Source of the DNA: Dehalococcoidia bacterium
GTDB lineage: Bacteria > Chloroflexota > Dehalococcoidia > UBA2979
Reading direction: 5' to 3'
DNA length: 64,000 nt
Assembly (NCBI GenBank): GCA_029941115.1
Contig: JAPYRK010000006.1
Location: forward strand, 6,821 to 70,820
Position numbers and translations under genes: made by a program
Notes under the pieces: model-generated
What the model was told of the DNA's origin: nothing
Databases searched by the model: none
Seen by the model: only the letters and a program-made list of their open reading frames with translations
Shown here: in pieces, positions 1-9,802 of the stretch
How positions within the stretch are numbered: the first letter of the stretch is position 1
How the letters are laid out: each line of letters starts with the position of its first letter

Positions 1-447
1 CGTTCTTACGCCGTGTTTACCTCAGAGCGCAAATTAAAATTTGTCGAAATGGAATATTTTATTCCCAGGGAGTTTGCTCGGGAAGCTTTAGAAAGAACAC
101 TAGACTTTGTACAGAACTCAGGCTTAGAGATATCGATGCCAATTGAGGTGCGTTGGGCTAGAGCTGACAACTTGCCTCTTAGTATGTGCTTTGGGCGAGA
201 GACTGCATCGATCGCAATTCATGTCAGGCAGAATGATCCATTTGAGCCCTATTTCGTTCCTGTTGAAACCATTATGAGTGATTACGGCGGTCGACCTCAC
301 TGGGGTAAAATGCACTTTCAGACCGCGGCAACATTGAGGGATCTGTACCCAGAGTGGGAGTCTTTTCAGAGAGCTCGAAAGATACTGGATCCGAATGGTC
401 GACTTGCAAATGCATATACTGATCGCGTGCTAGGACCTATTCAGTAG
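1..447 (+). CDS. FAD-linked oxidase, C-terminal part (D-arabinono-1,4-lactone oxidase/ALO-type domain); 5' end lies outside the window
   Basis: The frame is open from nt 1. The HWGKMH motif and the C-terminal pattern are typical of ALO/GULO-type FAD oxidases. The track ORF 13..447 is the in-window portion. Confidence 0.5.
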   Translation, partial: RSYAVFTSERKLKFVEMEYFIPREFAREALERTLDFVQNSGLEISMPIEVRWARADNLPLSMCFGRETASIAIHVRQNDPFEPYFVPVETIMSDYGGRPHWGKMHFQTAATLRDLYPEWESFQRARKILDPNGRLANAYTDRVLGPIQ

Positions 448-468
448 TACAAATCCATCGAACGAGAT

Positions 469-1236
469 CTAGAATCTGTAGTATCCGCCATCAATTACGA
501 AGTCTTCACCTGTCTGGTAGGATGAGGCATCACTTGCAAGATATACCGCGATGCCGGCGAAATCGTCAGGTTGTCCCCAACGTCTTACCGGAACTCGCTT
601 AATAACGCGGTCTTCAAAGGTTTCGTCACCCACCCGAGGCGCTGTCATCGCTGTTTCAATCCATCCCGGAATGATGGTATTTGCTGTTATGCCGTACCTT
701 GCTAACTCAACCGAAAGTCCGCGCGTCATAGAAATCATGGCACCTTTCGTAGCTGCATATGCTTCGTTCCTTGCCGCACCGTCCAAAGCCGAGAGACTTG
801 AAGTGCCGACTAGACGCCCTCCCTCTCCGCGCTCAATCATATGTTTTGCGGCCGCACGAAATGTAAAGAATGTGCCATCAAGATTGATTCCCATAACTCG
901 ATTCCACACGTCAGTCGGAAATTCGTGAAATGGGGCGCCACCACCCGCGCCAGCATTAGCGAAGCATGAGTCAACTTTTCCAAATAAATTCAAGGTTTCA
1001 GCAAATGCTGCTTCAACTTCATTTTCCTGCGACACGTCGCATCGAAGTGCTGCAGCCTTACCACCAACCGCGAGTATTTCTTTTTCAGCGGCAGTGTTTT
1101 TCTCTGGATTTGTACCCCATATGCAGATGTCTGCTCCAGCCTGCGCTAGGCCAATTGCCATACCAAGACCAATGCCACTGTTACCACCGGTTATAAGAGC
1201 TACTTTTCCTGTGAGATCGAAAGGCGCAAATGCCAT
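469..1236 (-). CDS. SDR family oxidoreductase (KduD/gluconate 5-dehydrogenase-like)
   Basis: TGGNSGIGLG Rossmann motif and NAG motif, 255 aa with SDR architecture. Confidence 0.85.
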   Translation of the reverse strand: MAFAPFDLTGKVALITGGNSGIGLGMAIGLAQAGADICIWGTNPEKNTAAEKEILAVGGKAAALRCDVSQENEVEAAFAETLNLFGKVDSCFANAGAGGGAPFHEFPTDVWNRVMGINLDGTFFTFRAAAKHMIERGEGGRLVGTSSLSALDGAARNEAYAATKGAMISMTRGLSVELARYGITANTIIPGWIETAMTAPRVGDETFEDRVIKRVPVRRWGQPDDFAGIAVYLASDASSYQTGEDFVIDGGYYRF

Positions 1237-1380
1237 AATTATTCCTTTTCGTTATAAGCCTAGGGCTTGCTATATTTTTTTTCGTCACGACGACTATCGT
1301 GTCAATTTTGTTCATGACAGTGACGATTGTATGTGAGTTGTCAGCGAAAGTCTTCTGTTAGCAGATTTCTCAATTCACTA

Positions 1381-2013
1381 TCACAGACCAACCACAGTAA
1401 TAACAAAAAAAATACCCAGAATGAATACAATACTGAAGGCCATCCAGAGAGAAAGTGTGTTGGAGAAGAAGCTATTAGATTCATTGCTTTCTCTCAAGTC
1501 AGCGTTCCCGTTCTGCCTAATAGATCGAGCGGAGTCGCCATATTTATTAGTTTCGTTGTCTCCAGGTAAACATAGCCAAAACAAATTGAGCGCGACGGAC
1601 GCAAAAAATGCTATTACGAAGGGGATGAGTAACATGAGATGCCAAAGTTCCCCACCACCCGTGAATAAAATGAGCCAAAATCCACCAATAAGTAAGATTA
1701 GCGCTCCGAATGGCCAGAAAAATCTTGAACCTGGTCGCCCGGTATCGTGTAGTCGACGCACTCCGACCGCTGTGGTGGGAAAAAATAGAGCTAGTTGGGT
1801 CAATATGAGAATTGGGTCAGGAATGAAATCTGGCAACCATGAGTCGATGATGATGATAGCTACTAGCCAGTAGAGTAAACTGAAAAGGATCCAAAACCAA
1901 TATTCGGATCTGGATGCTCGGCCTTTGAATACAAAATACTTGACCAGTGCCGTACGAATTGCTTCAAAAAAGGTCATCTGTAGCTCGATATATAGATGTG
2001 TTTCATGTATCAA
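1381..2013 (-). CDS. DUF805-family inner membrane protein
   Basis: The N-terminal GRASRSEYWFW motif is characteristic of DUF805, followed by multiple TM helices. The true start may be the internal Met at about 1977. Confidence 0.55.
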   Translation of the reverse strand: MIHETHLYIELQMTFFEAIRTALVKYFVFKGRASRSEYWFWILFSLLYWLVAIIIIDSWLPDFIPDPILILTQLALFFPTTAVGVRRLHDTGRPGSRFFWPFGALILLIGGFWLILFTGGGELWHLMLLIPFVIAFFASVALNLFWLCLPGDNETNKYGDSARSIRQNGNADLRESNESNSFFSNTLSLWMAFSIVFILGIFFVITVVGL

Positions 2014-2067
2014 CTTATAGTACAGCAGTGATTACGTTGGTAAGAAACCTCGATTTATCTTTATACT

Positions 2068-2967
2068 TTGTATGGCGGGATTATGAGGAGGCATGACAGC
2101 ATGAAGAATGAATCTGATCGAATCACAGATTTTATGCCGAAAACTGGCTGGCCACGTGTAATGGCAGGATTTTTACTCCTAATTCTTGGTTCATGGGTAG
2201 TTATGGGTTTGGCAGCGGCACGAGTATCATTTGATAGTGGTGTGCTCTCCGATATCTTTTGGACGGAGATCCTCGTTGTGTTTTGGATAGGGCTTGCAGT
2301 TATCAGTTTGCAAATATCTAATACTGCAAAAGATAACCCATCTAGATCGCCGGTCGCGCCATACTTGCCTCCTTTATGTTCTGCCATCACCCTCCCGGGA
2401 ATCGCCCTGCTGATTGTATTTCTTTGGGTCGGATTCGATGAGGCGAGTCAGACAATTTTGCGAATGACGTACAGCTTTTTAGCCTTGGGATTGGCGGGTG
2501 CATATTGCTCGGTTATTGGGCTTGGTAGGATTCCGGCGAGGTGGAGGCCTCTCAGATGGTTTCTCTATGTGATAGCTGCTGTTGGGGCAATAGAGTCACT
2601 CGAAGCACTATGGCTGCATGGCGACATAAGTACGGAAGGAACCCTAACAGAGGGTTTCGGGCAAGTTGGAGTTGCATTTATTGTCGCACTGCTCGCGTAT
2701 TTTATTTTGGCAGGAATTTTGTACAGTATCCTCAAAGAAACAAAGGCCCGTCAGCAGATATTTGTAGTGATGGTCTACTTAATCGCGGCGTTGATTGGTT
2801 TTACATTTGGTGTAATTGCACTTTCTGATGAATTTGATCCGGGACCATTTAGGTTGATTTTGGCGTCTACGGTGTTGTTAGCTACCGTAACTCCCCTTCT
2901 TGTAGTCTTTCACTGGTGGCCTGAGTCTGTCGACACTAGGCAGTCAGATGCCGTTGAGAGAGGTTGA
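2068..2967 (+). CDS. hypothetical polytopic membrane protein
   Basis: A 299 aa ORF with at least six hydrophobic helices and no recognisable catalytic motif. Confidence 0.45.
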   Translation: MYGGIMRRHDSMKNESDRITDFMPKTGWPRVMAGFLLLILGSWVVMGLAAARVSFDSGVLSDIFWTEILVVFWIGLAVISLQISNTAKDNPSRSPVAPYLPPLCSAITLPGIALLIVFLWVGFDEASQTILRMTYSFLALGLAGAYCSVIGLGRIPARWRPLRWFLYVIAAVGAIESLEALWLHGDISTEGTLTEGFGQVGVAFIVALLAYFILAGILYSILKETKARQQIFVVMVYLIAALIGFTFGVIALSDEFDPGPFRLILASTVLLATVTPLLVVFHWWPESVDTRQSDAVERG

Positions 2968-3502
2968 GGAATACTTGTCTGACGTACTTATTGAATCTCA
3001 TCAGGACGATGAACTGCAACTTGCTACCCCGCTGCGCAGGCTGGCGGCCTATGTTATTGACTGGCTGATTAGTACCGCGCTTACAAGTATTCTGTTTGTT
3101 GTCTTTATTATCGGTGCCAGGTTAGGAGGAGTGCTATTCCTTCTTTATATAATCCTTGATATTGCAGTGTTTGCCGGAATTATTGCTTGGTGGATTATCT
3201 GTTTAAGAAATGGTCAAACACCTAGTAAGCAATTTCTTCGGTTGTTTGTGATGCGTGAGGATGGGTCTCGCTCAGGTGGTTGGTATACCTTTTTACGTGA
3301 ATGGGTAATTAAAGGTTTTTTATTTTTTGTTTTACTATCTTCATTCAGTTTTGGTCTGGTACCAATAATCGCAGCTGCCTGGTTGCTGTGGGATCGCAGT
3401 CGCCAGACGCTTTGGGATAAGATAGTGTCTACTGAGATTGTGTATATTCCCGATGGAGAACGACCGTTAACAAATGGAGAAATAATTCGATCAGATTGTT
3501 GA
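2948..3502 (+). CDS. RDD family membrane protein
   Basis: RRLAAYVIDWLI...R...D pattern and the three-TM topology typical of the RDD domain. It overlaps the upstream ORF by 20 nt. Confidence 0.5.
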   Translation: MPLREVEEYLSDVLIESHQDDELQLATPLRRLAAYVIDWLISTALTSILFVVFIIGARLGGVLFLLYIILDIAVFAGIIAWWIICLRNGQTPSKQFLRLFVMREDGSRSGGWYTFLREWVIKGFLFFVLLSSFSFGLVPIIAAAWLLWDRSRQTLWDKIVSTEIVYIPDGERPLTNGEIIRSDC

Positions 3503-3527
3503 TAATTGTAAATACGGACTGAAAAGC

Positions 3528-3554
3528 AAAGCCCCGGTGTTTAGCCGGGGCTTT
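3528..3554. terminator. bidirectional rho-independent terminator between the RDD gene (+) and groEL (-)
   Basis: aaaGCCCCGGtgtttagCCGGGGCttt forms a GC-rich stem of about 10 bp, with an A-run on one side and a T-run on the other. Confidence 0.6.
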
Positions 3555-3586
3555 GTATTTGTATATTTAGTCTGAATAGTGTTTGG

Positions 3587-5269
3587 CTAGAAGCCGCCCA
3601 TACCGCCCATATCCATACCGCCCATACCGCCCATACCGCCCATACCGCCCATATCACCTCCTCCAGGAGGGCCCATAGGTGCAGGTGGCTCTGGGATTTC
3701 AGCCACAGCTACTTCGGTCGTAAGCATAAGACTCGCAATTGAAGTAGCGCTTTCTAGAGCAACTCGAGACACTTTCACCGGATCAATAATGCCAAGATCA
3801 AACATATCGCCCATCTCATCTGTTGCTGCGTTATACCCAACTGTATCTGGAGTAGCGGCCCGTACGTTTTCGACAACGACGCTCGGCTCTTGACCAGCGT
3901 TTTCAACAATTTGTCTAAGTGGCGATTCCAAGGCACGTTGTACAAGTACTGCGCCCGTTTTTTCATCTCCTGATAGAGATTCAATCAGAGCATCAATCGC
4001 GCTCTGTGCTCTAATAAAGGCCACACCACCACCTGCCACAACGCCTTCTTCAACGGCTGCGCGTGTTGCAGATAGTGCGTCTTCGATCCTGAATTTTTTC
4101 TCACGAACCTCAACTTCAGTCGCGCCGCCAACTTTTATAACAGCAACTCCTCCGACGAGTTTAGCTAGCCTCTCTTGCATCTTTTCGCGGTCGAAGTCAG
4201 AGCCCGCATCCTGAATTTGAGCACGAATTTGGCGGATACGTTGTTGAATCGCTTCGTCCGAGCCAGCACCTTCGATGATAGTAGTCATGCTTGAATCGGA
4301 TACGATCCGATGCGCATGTCCTAAGTCAGCGAGTTGAGTATCAGCAAGTTTACGACCCATATCATTAGTGATGTAAGTGGCACCCGTTAGGATTGCTAAA
4401 TCTTCGAGCATAGCCTTTCTTCTGTCACCGAATGAAGGGGCCTTAATGATTAGAGGATTCACTGCACCTTTCATCTTGTTCACAATTAATGTCTGTAGTG
4501 CTTCACCTTCTAAATCCTCACAAATTATGAAGAAGTTTTTAGAGACTGCTAGCACCTTTTCAAGGAGGGGCAGAAAGTCTTGTAGTGAGTTGATGGCATG
4601 ATCGGTGATCAAAATATAAGGATCGTCCAATTGCGCTTCCATTCGATCATTATTTGTTACAAAGTAGGGGGAAATATACCCTCTATCAATTTGCAATCCA
4701 TCGACAACTTCAATTTCATCGTCGAGTCCACGCCCATCCTCGATCGTAATGACTCCGTCTTTTCCAACTTGCTCCATTACGTCACCGATGAGATCACCAA
4801 TTCTTTTTTCGTTTGCTGAAATTGATGCAACTGATTGAATCATGTCTTTTTCTTCAACCGGCACCGACTGACTCACTAGGTCTTCAATTGCTACTTTAGT
4901 GGCAGCATCCATACCTCGTTTTAGATACATCGGATTTGCACCGGCTGCGATATTTCGCAACCCTTCGTGGAACATCGCCTGAGCGAAGACAGTCGCTGTA
5001 GTCGTTCCATCACCAGCAATATCGTTTGTGCGCACGGCTACCGTTTTTACTAACTGAGCACCCATGTTATGGAAACGATCGGTGAGTTCAATTTCGCGAG
5101 CCACCGTCACGCCGTCCTTAGTGATGACCGCCGGCCCATAGTTTTTGTCAAGTACGACATTTCGACCTTTTGGTCCGAGTGTTGCACGCACTGAATTAGC
5201 AAGAATATCTACCCCATGACGTAATTCACGTCGGGCAGCTTCGTCGAAGCGAAGTCGCTTAGCAGTCAT
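3587..5269 (-). CDS. groL: chaperonin GroEL (Cpn60)
   Basis: 560 aa with AAVEEGVVAGGGVA and other GroEL signature segments, and a C-terminal GGM repeat tail (GGMGGMGGMGGM). Confidence 0.97.
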   Translation of the reverse strand: MTAKRLRFDEAARRELRHGVDILANSVRATLGPKGRNVVLDKNYGPAVITKDGVTVAREIELTDRFHNMGAQLVKTVAVRTNDIAGDGTTTATVFAQAMFHEGLRNIAAGANPMYLKRGMDAATKVAIEDLVSQSVPVEEKDMIQSVASISANEKRIGDLIGDVMEQVGKDGVITIEDGRGLDDEIEVVDGLQIDRGYISPYFVTNNDRMEAQLDDPYILITDHAINSLQDFLPLLEKVLAVSKNFFIICEDLEGEALQTLIVNKMKGAVNPLIIKAPSFGDRRKAMLEDLAILTGATYITNDMGRKLADTQLADLGHAHRIVSDSSMTTIIEGAGSDEAIQQRIRQIRAQIQDAGSDFDREKMQERLAKLVGGVAVIKVGGATEVEVREKKFRIEDALSATRAAVEEGVVAGGGVAFIRAQSAIDALIESLSGDEKTGAVLVQRALESPLRQIVENAGQEPSVVVENVRAATPDTVGYNAATDEMGDMFDLGIIDPVKVSRVALESATSIASLMLTTEVAVAEIPEPPAPMGPPGGGDMGGMGGMGGMGGMDMGGMGGF

Positions 5270-5322
5270 TTAGTGCTCCTAAATCTTCAGATTTGTAAAT
5301 ATATATAGACGTCAATCGACTT

Positions 5323-5622
5323 TTAGTCCTCTAGCTTAGCTAGTACGTCTTGATATCGAATAATGATGTAATCTTCTGAATCCACAGATATATCTTGACC
5401 TGTGTACTTCTGATAGAGAACTCGGTCACCAGCCTTTATGTCATCCATACTCTGGACCTCACCGTTCTCAAGCGGTCGTCCTGGACCTACAGCTATGACA
5501 TGGCCGTGCTGGGGCGCTTCCTTAGCTGAATCTGGAATAATTAATCCACTAGTCGTAATTTCTTCGGCCTCAACAGCCTTAAGAATAATGTGGTCTGTAA
5601 CTGGAACTACACCTGTTGCCAT
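5323..5622 (-). CDS. groS: co-chaperonin GroES (Cpn10)
   Basis: A 99 aa product from the ATG at 5622, which has a GGGAGAGG RBS 9 nt upstream. The track start at 5667 adds a spurious 15 aa extension. The gene lies immediately upstream of groL. Confidence 0.9.
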   Translation of the reverse strand: MATGVVPVTDHIILKAVEAEEITTSGLIIPDSAKEAPQHGHVIAVGPGRPLENGEVQSMDDIKAGDRVLYQKYTGQDISVDSEDYIIIRYQDVLAKLED

Positions 5623-5828
5623 ATTTTTCAGTCCTCTCCCATACTTTATTTTCACTATCTTCATCAAGTGGTCAAATCTTTTTTCACCACATACCTACCA
5701 GATCTGAATTAGTATCGGAAAACCCGACTTTATTTCTCATTCTGGTTTTTTGCTTTTGAGTCGCGTCGCCCCCGCCGTCCATCTTTAGACGACGAATAAG
5801 TTGAAACCCACCGCAAGCAGAAATCATG

Positions 5829-5855
5829 TTAGCACTCTCCTGCCGAGAGTGCTAG
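5829..5855. promoter_or_regulatory. CIRCE element (HrcA operator) upstream of groES-groEL
   Basis: TTAGCACTC-N9-GAGTGCTAG is a near-perfect match to the CIRCE consensus TTAGCACTC-N9-GAGTGCTAA. It sits about 200 nt upstream of the groES start. Confidence 0.85.
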
Positions 5856-5976
5856 GTCCCTATCGAAACTATTTTATTGGCATAGATAGTGGTGCGTTTA
5901 TGACAGATGTGCACGAACTCGTTTACGATGGCATCAGGCACGCTAGTGCGCTAATTAAGATTTAGGGAGTCAAACA

Positions 5977-6738
5977 ATGTGTTTTCCGTATGATGCTGAA
6001 CCGCCAGTCCCTCAAATATTGGGGGCCGCAGTAGAAAATGAAAGCTTCACGCTTAGGACAGCGGATGGGAATGAATTTTCTGCCTTTTCGGCCAAGGGTG
6101 ACGGCTCTGAGCAGGCAGCTGTTTTAATCCTGCCGGATGTACGCGGTTTATTTCACTTCTATGAAGAACTAGCTCTGAGATTTGCAGAGAGAAACATAGA
6201 TTCGTTAGCGATTGACTACTTTGGAAGAACAGCAGGTCTTGGTGCGCGTGCAGCGGAATTTCCTTGGCAAGAGCATGTTGCACAGTCAACCTTCGAAGGC
6301 GTTAGAAGCGATGTTACTGCCGCTGTCGAATATCTCCGGGGGGAAGATTCATCTCGCCCGATTTTTACATTAGGTTTTTGTTTTGGTGGTTCAAATTCTT
6401 GGCATCAGGCAGCAAATGGTCATGGGTTGGCCGGGGCTATTGGCTTTTATGGACATCCGGATCGACCTGATTTTCCTCAAGGCGCATCAGGTGTAATTGA
6501 GAGAATTCGCGATATCTCATGTCCCATACTGGGGCTGATGGGCGGAGCTGACCAAGGGATACCTAGTGACGTTGTTAACAAGTTTGATCGAGAATTAACT
6601 TCGAGTAGCATTAAACACCAAATTGTCACCTATCCTGATGCTCCACATTCTTTTTTTGACAGACACTTTGAGGAATTTGCTAGCGAGTCGGCTGACGCCT
6701 GGGGAAAAGTTCTAGCTTTTATTGGAGAAAATTCTTAA
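5977..6738 (+). CDS. dienelactone hydrolase family protein
   Basis: 253 aa with a GFCFGG cysteine nucleophile elbow and a C-terminal His region of the DLH fold. An AGGGAG RBS lies 7 nt upstream. Confidence 0.75.
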   Translation: MCFPYDAEPPVPQILGAAVENESFTLRTADGNEFSAFSAKGDGSEQAAVLILPDVRGLFHFYEELALRFAERNIDSLAIDYFGRTAGLGARAAEFPWQEHVAQSTFEGVRSDVTAAVEYLRGEDSSRPIFTLGFCFGGSNSWHQAANGHGLAGAIGFYGHPDRPDFPQGASGVIERIRDISCPILGLMGGADQGIPSDVVNKFDRELTSSSIKHQIVTYPDAPHSFFDRHFEEFASESADAWGKVLAFIGENS

Positions 6739-6789
6739 CAGGCCCAACGCTGTGCGCAAAGTTCCTGCTTAATTAGATTGGTGTTGTAG

Positions 6790-7698
6790 ATGAAATTTAG
6801 TATTTGGCCTCATTTAAGTGGAAAATTCACTGACCTTATCGATATTTGTTTGAAAGCCGAAGCGTCCGGCTGGGACGGAATTTGGATAGCGGATCATTTC
6901 ATGCCAAATACCGGAGATCAGTCCACTACGGTCGGCCCGACGTCTGAGGCGTGGACTACGCTTTCAGCAATTGCAGCTTTAGTACCAAGGGTTCGCATTG
7001 GAACTTTGGTGACTGGAAACACATATCGTAGCCCGGCGATCCTAGCCAAAATGGCGGCCGAGGTGGACGGGATAAGTAATGGTCGCCTCGTACTTGGGTT
7101 GGGGGCAGGTTGGCAGGAGAACGAACATTTGGCATATGGTATTGAGTTTTCGTCAGTAGGGGGCAGGCTTGCCCGACTCAGAGAGAGCATCCAAATAATC
7201 AGGTCACTTCTTGAAGAGGAATTCACAAGTTTTTCAGGTAAGTATTATGAAATCACGGATGCGCCACTCAGCCCGAAGCCTGTTCAGAGTCATCTTCCGA
7301 TTCTTGTTGGTGGGGGTGGCGAGAAGGTTACATTAAAAATTACTGCAATGTTTGCTGATGAGTGGAATGTTTGGGGCAGTCCAGAAGTATTGAGGCAGAA
7401 AGGGCGTATTCTAGACCAACACTGTGAAGCAATCGATCGAGATCCACGAGAGATTAGGCGGTCAACTCAGGCGTTATTTTTTCTTTCAAAAGATGCGGCG
7501 GCTGTTGAGCGAGCTAAGGAAAATGCTACAGATCGGTTAATAGCAGGTAGCCCAGATGAAATAGTCGAGGTTATTGCGCAGTATGCTGAAGCTGGGATCG
7601 ATGAACTGATTGTACCCAACTTCAATATGGGTAATACGAACGAAGTCAATGAAACTTATGATTCGTGGATGCACGATGTCATACGGCAGTTAGGCTAA
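6790..7698 (+). CDS. LLM-class (luciferase-like) flavin/F420-dependent oxidoreductase
   Basis: 302 aa with a TIM-barrel LLM pattern (IWIADH ... GRLVLGLGAGW ... HLPILVGGGG). Confidence 0.8.
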   Translation: MKFSIWPHLSGKFTDLIDICLKAEASGWDGIWIADHFMPNTGDQSTTVGPTSEAWTTLSAIAALVPRVRIGTLVTGNTYRSPAILAKMAAEVDGISNGRLVLGLGAGWQENEHLAYGIEFSSVGGRLARLRESIQIIRSLLEEEFTSFSGKYYEITDAPLSPKPVQSHLPILVGGGGEKVTLKITAMFADEWNVWGSPEVLRQKGRILDQHCEAIDRDPREIRRSTQALFFLSKDAAAVERAKENATDRLIAGSPDEIVEVIAQYAEAGIDELIVPNFNMGNTNEVNETYDSWMHDVIRQLG

Positions 7699-7728
7699 CC
7701 AAAAATTTTATAGGAGCGTCTAGCAGTC

Positions 7729-8298
7729 TTATATACGCTCTTCGAGCAGAGACCAGACCATATTTTCAGTTTGGGTTGTTGCGTGTCCTTCTCTAAGAAT
7801 TCTTACTAATAATCTACTGTCGTATCCAAATTCGGAAAGATATTGCTGTATCTCTTCTACGCGATCGTTTGCTTGGAGAATTACCGCGAGCACTAGCTCC
7901 CATTCAGGCGGAGTACAAGGAACGCGATGTCCGTCTAGGGATCCATGATTCAAGGCGTTCCAGAGAGAAGGAATCTGCACAGGAGAAAATCTTTCCTCAG
8001 CACCTTGAAATACTGGATCACCAATTACGAAGATAGATATCTCTTCTCGGGTTAGATGGAGCCGCGTGCCAGATACCACTGCCGATGATATTTGGTCAGG
8101 TTTTTCTCCGAGCATTTTGCAGATAGTTTTAACTATTTTATCTGTAGTCATAAATTCGATAGTGTCGTAGTGAGTGTTCAGGCCTTGCAACTGGAGCGAG
8201 CCGCCACCGATCAAGGCCCAATCAGTGGGTTCCGGTGTGGCTTCTTCCAATACGCTAACAAGAGTTCTGAGTACTGTTTTATAAGTTTGTGTCAGCAT
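7729..8298 (-). CDS. hypothetical protein, possibly nucleotidyltransferase-fold (Lnu/MJ0435-like)
   Basis: W-A-L-I-GGGS ... D-x-I-E-F resembles the GG...DxD core of NTase-fold proteins but is degenerate. Confidence 0.3.
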   Translation of the reverse strand: MLTQTYKTVLRTLVSVLEEATPEPTDWALIGGGSLQLQGLNTHYDTIEFMTTDKIVKTICKMLGEKPDQISSAVVSGTRLHLTREEISIFVIGDPVFQGAEERFSPVQIPSLWNALNHGSLDGHRVPCTPPEWELVLAVILQANDRVEEIQQYLSEFGYDSRLLVRILREGHATTQTENMVWSLLEERI

Positions 8299-8404
8299 GA
8301 TTTTCCTTATTAGTCGACCCAGTTAAGAGCCTTGAATGATATCTCTAAATAGTCTCAATGGCGAGAATGAATCGCTTAATGAAGTTTTTAGGTATTATCA
8401 TTGT

Positions 8405-8479
8405 GGGCCTGTAGCTCAGTGGTAGAGCAATCGGCTTTTAACCGATTGGCCGTGGGTTCGATCCCCACCGGGCCCACCA
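8405..8479 (+). tRNA. tRNA-Lys (anticodon UUU), CCA encoded
   Basis: The cloverleaf was derived by hand: acceptor GGGCCUG/CGGGCCC, D-arm GCUC..GAGC, anticodon stem AUCGG/CCGAU with loop CUUUUAA, T-arm GUGGG-UUCGAUC-CCCAC, then the discriminator A and CCA. Confidence 0.9.
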
Positions 8480-8654
8480 ATCTTTCACTTTTCGTTCCTT
8501 ATTTAAAATATTGGAAGTAGTCGTGGATCTTCCGCGGTTACTTTTTGTTTTAAAACGGTTGAAGAGCAGGCCTAGCGATCGGACCAGTTGCTTTAGCGTC
8601 AGGTGAACGTTTTTTGATCGCGCTATATTAGTTGGGAATATGGAGGTTTAAAAT

Positions 8655-9722
8655 ATGAAAACGGCCGTTACTACTTTGGATCCAATGACCTTTGAGATTA
8701 TTGAATCAGATGTGAAGTCACCAGATCGGGCGGAAGTTTTGATACGTGTTAAGGCGTGTGGCATTTGCGGGTCTGATCTGCATGCGTATAGAGATCCAAG
8801 CCATTGGCTCTCCCCGGATGCTAGTTGGAAGGCAGGGCGAGTCCTAGGTCACGAGATAGCTGGAGAAGTCGTGGAGCTGGGGGTAAGCGTGGAGCGCCTT
8901 TCGATTGGTGATCATGTAGCTTTGCAACCGAGGTTATTTTGCGGAGAATGTGCTGAATGTCGAACAGGCCGCACAGAAATTTGCCAGCAATCTGATGGAT
9001 TGTTTGGGGGAGAACTTCCAGGCGGATTTTCAGAATATTTAACTGCTCCGCAAGAGAATTTATTTAGAATTTCCGACTCTGTTGATTTCGCGGTTGCTGC
9101 CTTAGCTGAGCCGTTGGCAGTAGCAGTGCACGGCCACAGAGTGGCAGCACAGCTTGATAGTACTCGACCAACATATGGTGAACGTGTTCTAGTTCTTGGA
9201 TCTGGGCCGATAGGATTAATGTCTACATTTTATGCCAAGCAATCGGGTGCAAGTGAGGTAATTGCTACTTACCGTTATCCGCAGCAGCGCGATGCCGCAT
9301 TGCTTTTAGGAGCGACTCAAGTGTTTCATTCTGAAGATGAGGAAGGCTTAGAATCCTTCTGCGAGTCAGTACCTGTAGATTCAGTTATCGAGACGGTTGG
9401 GGGAAGCGCAGACACCGCAGCACTTGCCTGCAGGTTAGTCAGGCGGGGTGGACGCGTTGTTATTTTGGGGGTGTTTTCCAGAAGCGTGATGATGCCAGCG
9501 CACGTCATCCTCTCTAAGCAATTGCGGGTGGCAGGAACAGTGTTTTATAGCTACGTGGGTTTTAAACATGATTATGAACTGGCGATAGAACTTTTGGAGA
9601 ATAATACTGATCGTATGTCGGCGTTGATTACGCATCGTGTTTCACTACAGGATGCCGGGACCGGAATAAAACTCGCAGGTGATAAGGCCAGTGGAGCGAT
9701 TAAGGTCACCATTCAACCCTAG
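8655..9722 (+). CDS. zinc-dependent alcohol dehydrogenase (MDR family, threonine/sorbitol dehydrogenase-like)
   Basis: GICGSDLH and GHEIAGEVVELG catalytic Zn motifs, a second Zn Cys cluster (CGECAECRTGRTEIC) and the Rossmann motif GSGPIGL. Confidence 0.85.
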   Translation: MKTAVTTLDPMTFEIIESDVKSPDRAEVLIRVKACGICGSDLHAYRDPSHWLSPDASWKAGRVLGHEIAGEVVELGVSVERLSIGDHVALQPRLFCGECAECRTGRTEICQQSDGLFGGELPGGFSEYLTAPQENLFRISDSVDFAVAALAEPLAVAVHGHRVAAQLDSTRPTYGERVLVLGSGPIGLMSTFYAKQSGASEVIATYRYPQQRDAALLLGATQVFHSEDEEGLESFCESVPVDSVIETVGGSADTAALACRLVRRGGRVVILGVFSRSVMMPAHVILSKQLRVAGTVFYSYVGFKHDYELAIELLENNTDRMSALITHRVSLQDAGTGIKLAGDKASGAIKVTIQP

Positions 9723-9802
9723 CGATGGTGTATATGGCTATATTGCTAAAGAAATTATGTGTTTTGTCAGATGCGATCAGAATTGTGAGGTAAAGTAACA
9801 CT

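Noticed and set aside
551-1336. Track ORFs antisense or overlapping the SDR gene (551..928, 966..1196, 1094..1336); similar short antisense ORFs occur inside nrdJ, the carboxylase gene, CoA-transferase genes and elsewhere
   Set aside because: They are embedded in, and antisense to, high-confidence genes with strong family signatures. They have no RBS and no conservation signal.
8299-8654. tRNA-Lys flanks as a possible integration hotspot or genomic island
   Set aside because: No integrase, direct repeat of the tRNA 3' end, or compositional shift was seen next to the tRNA.
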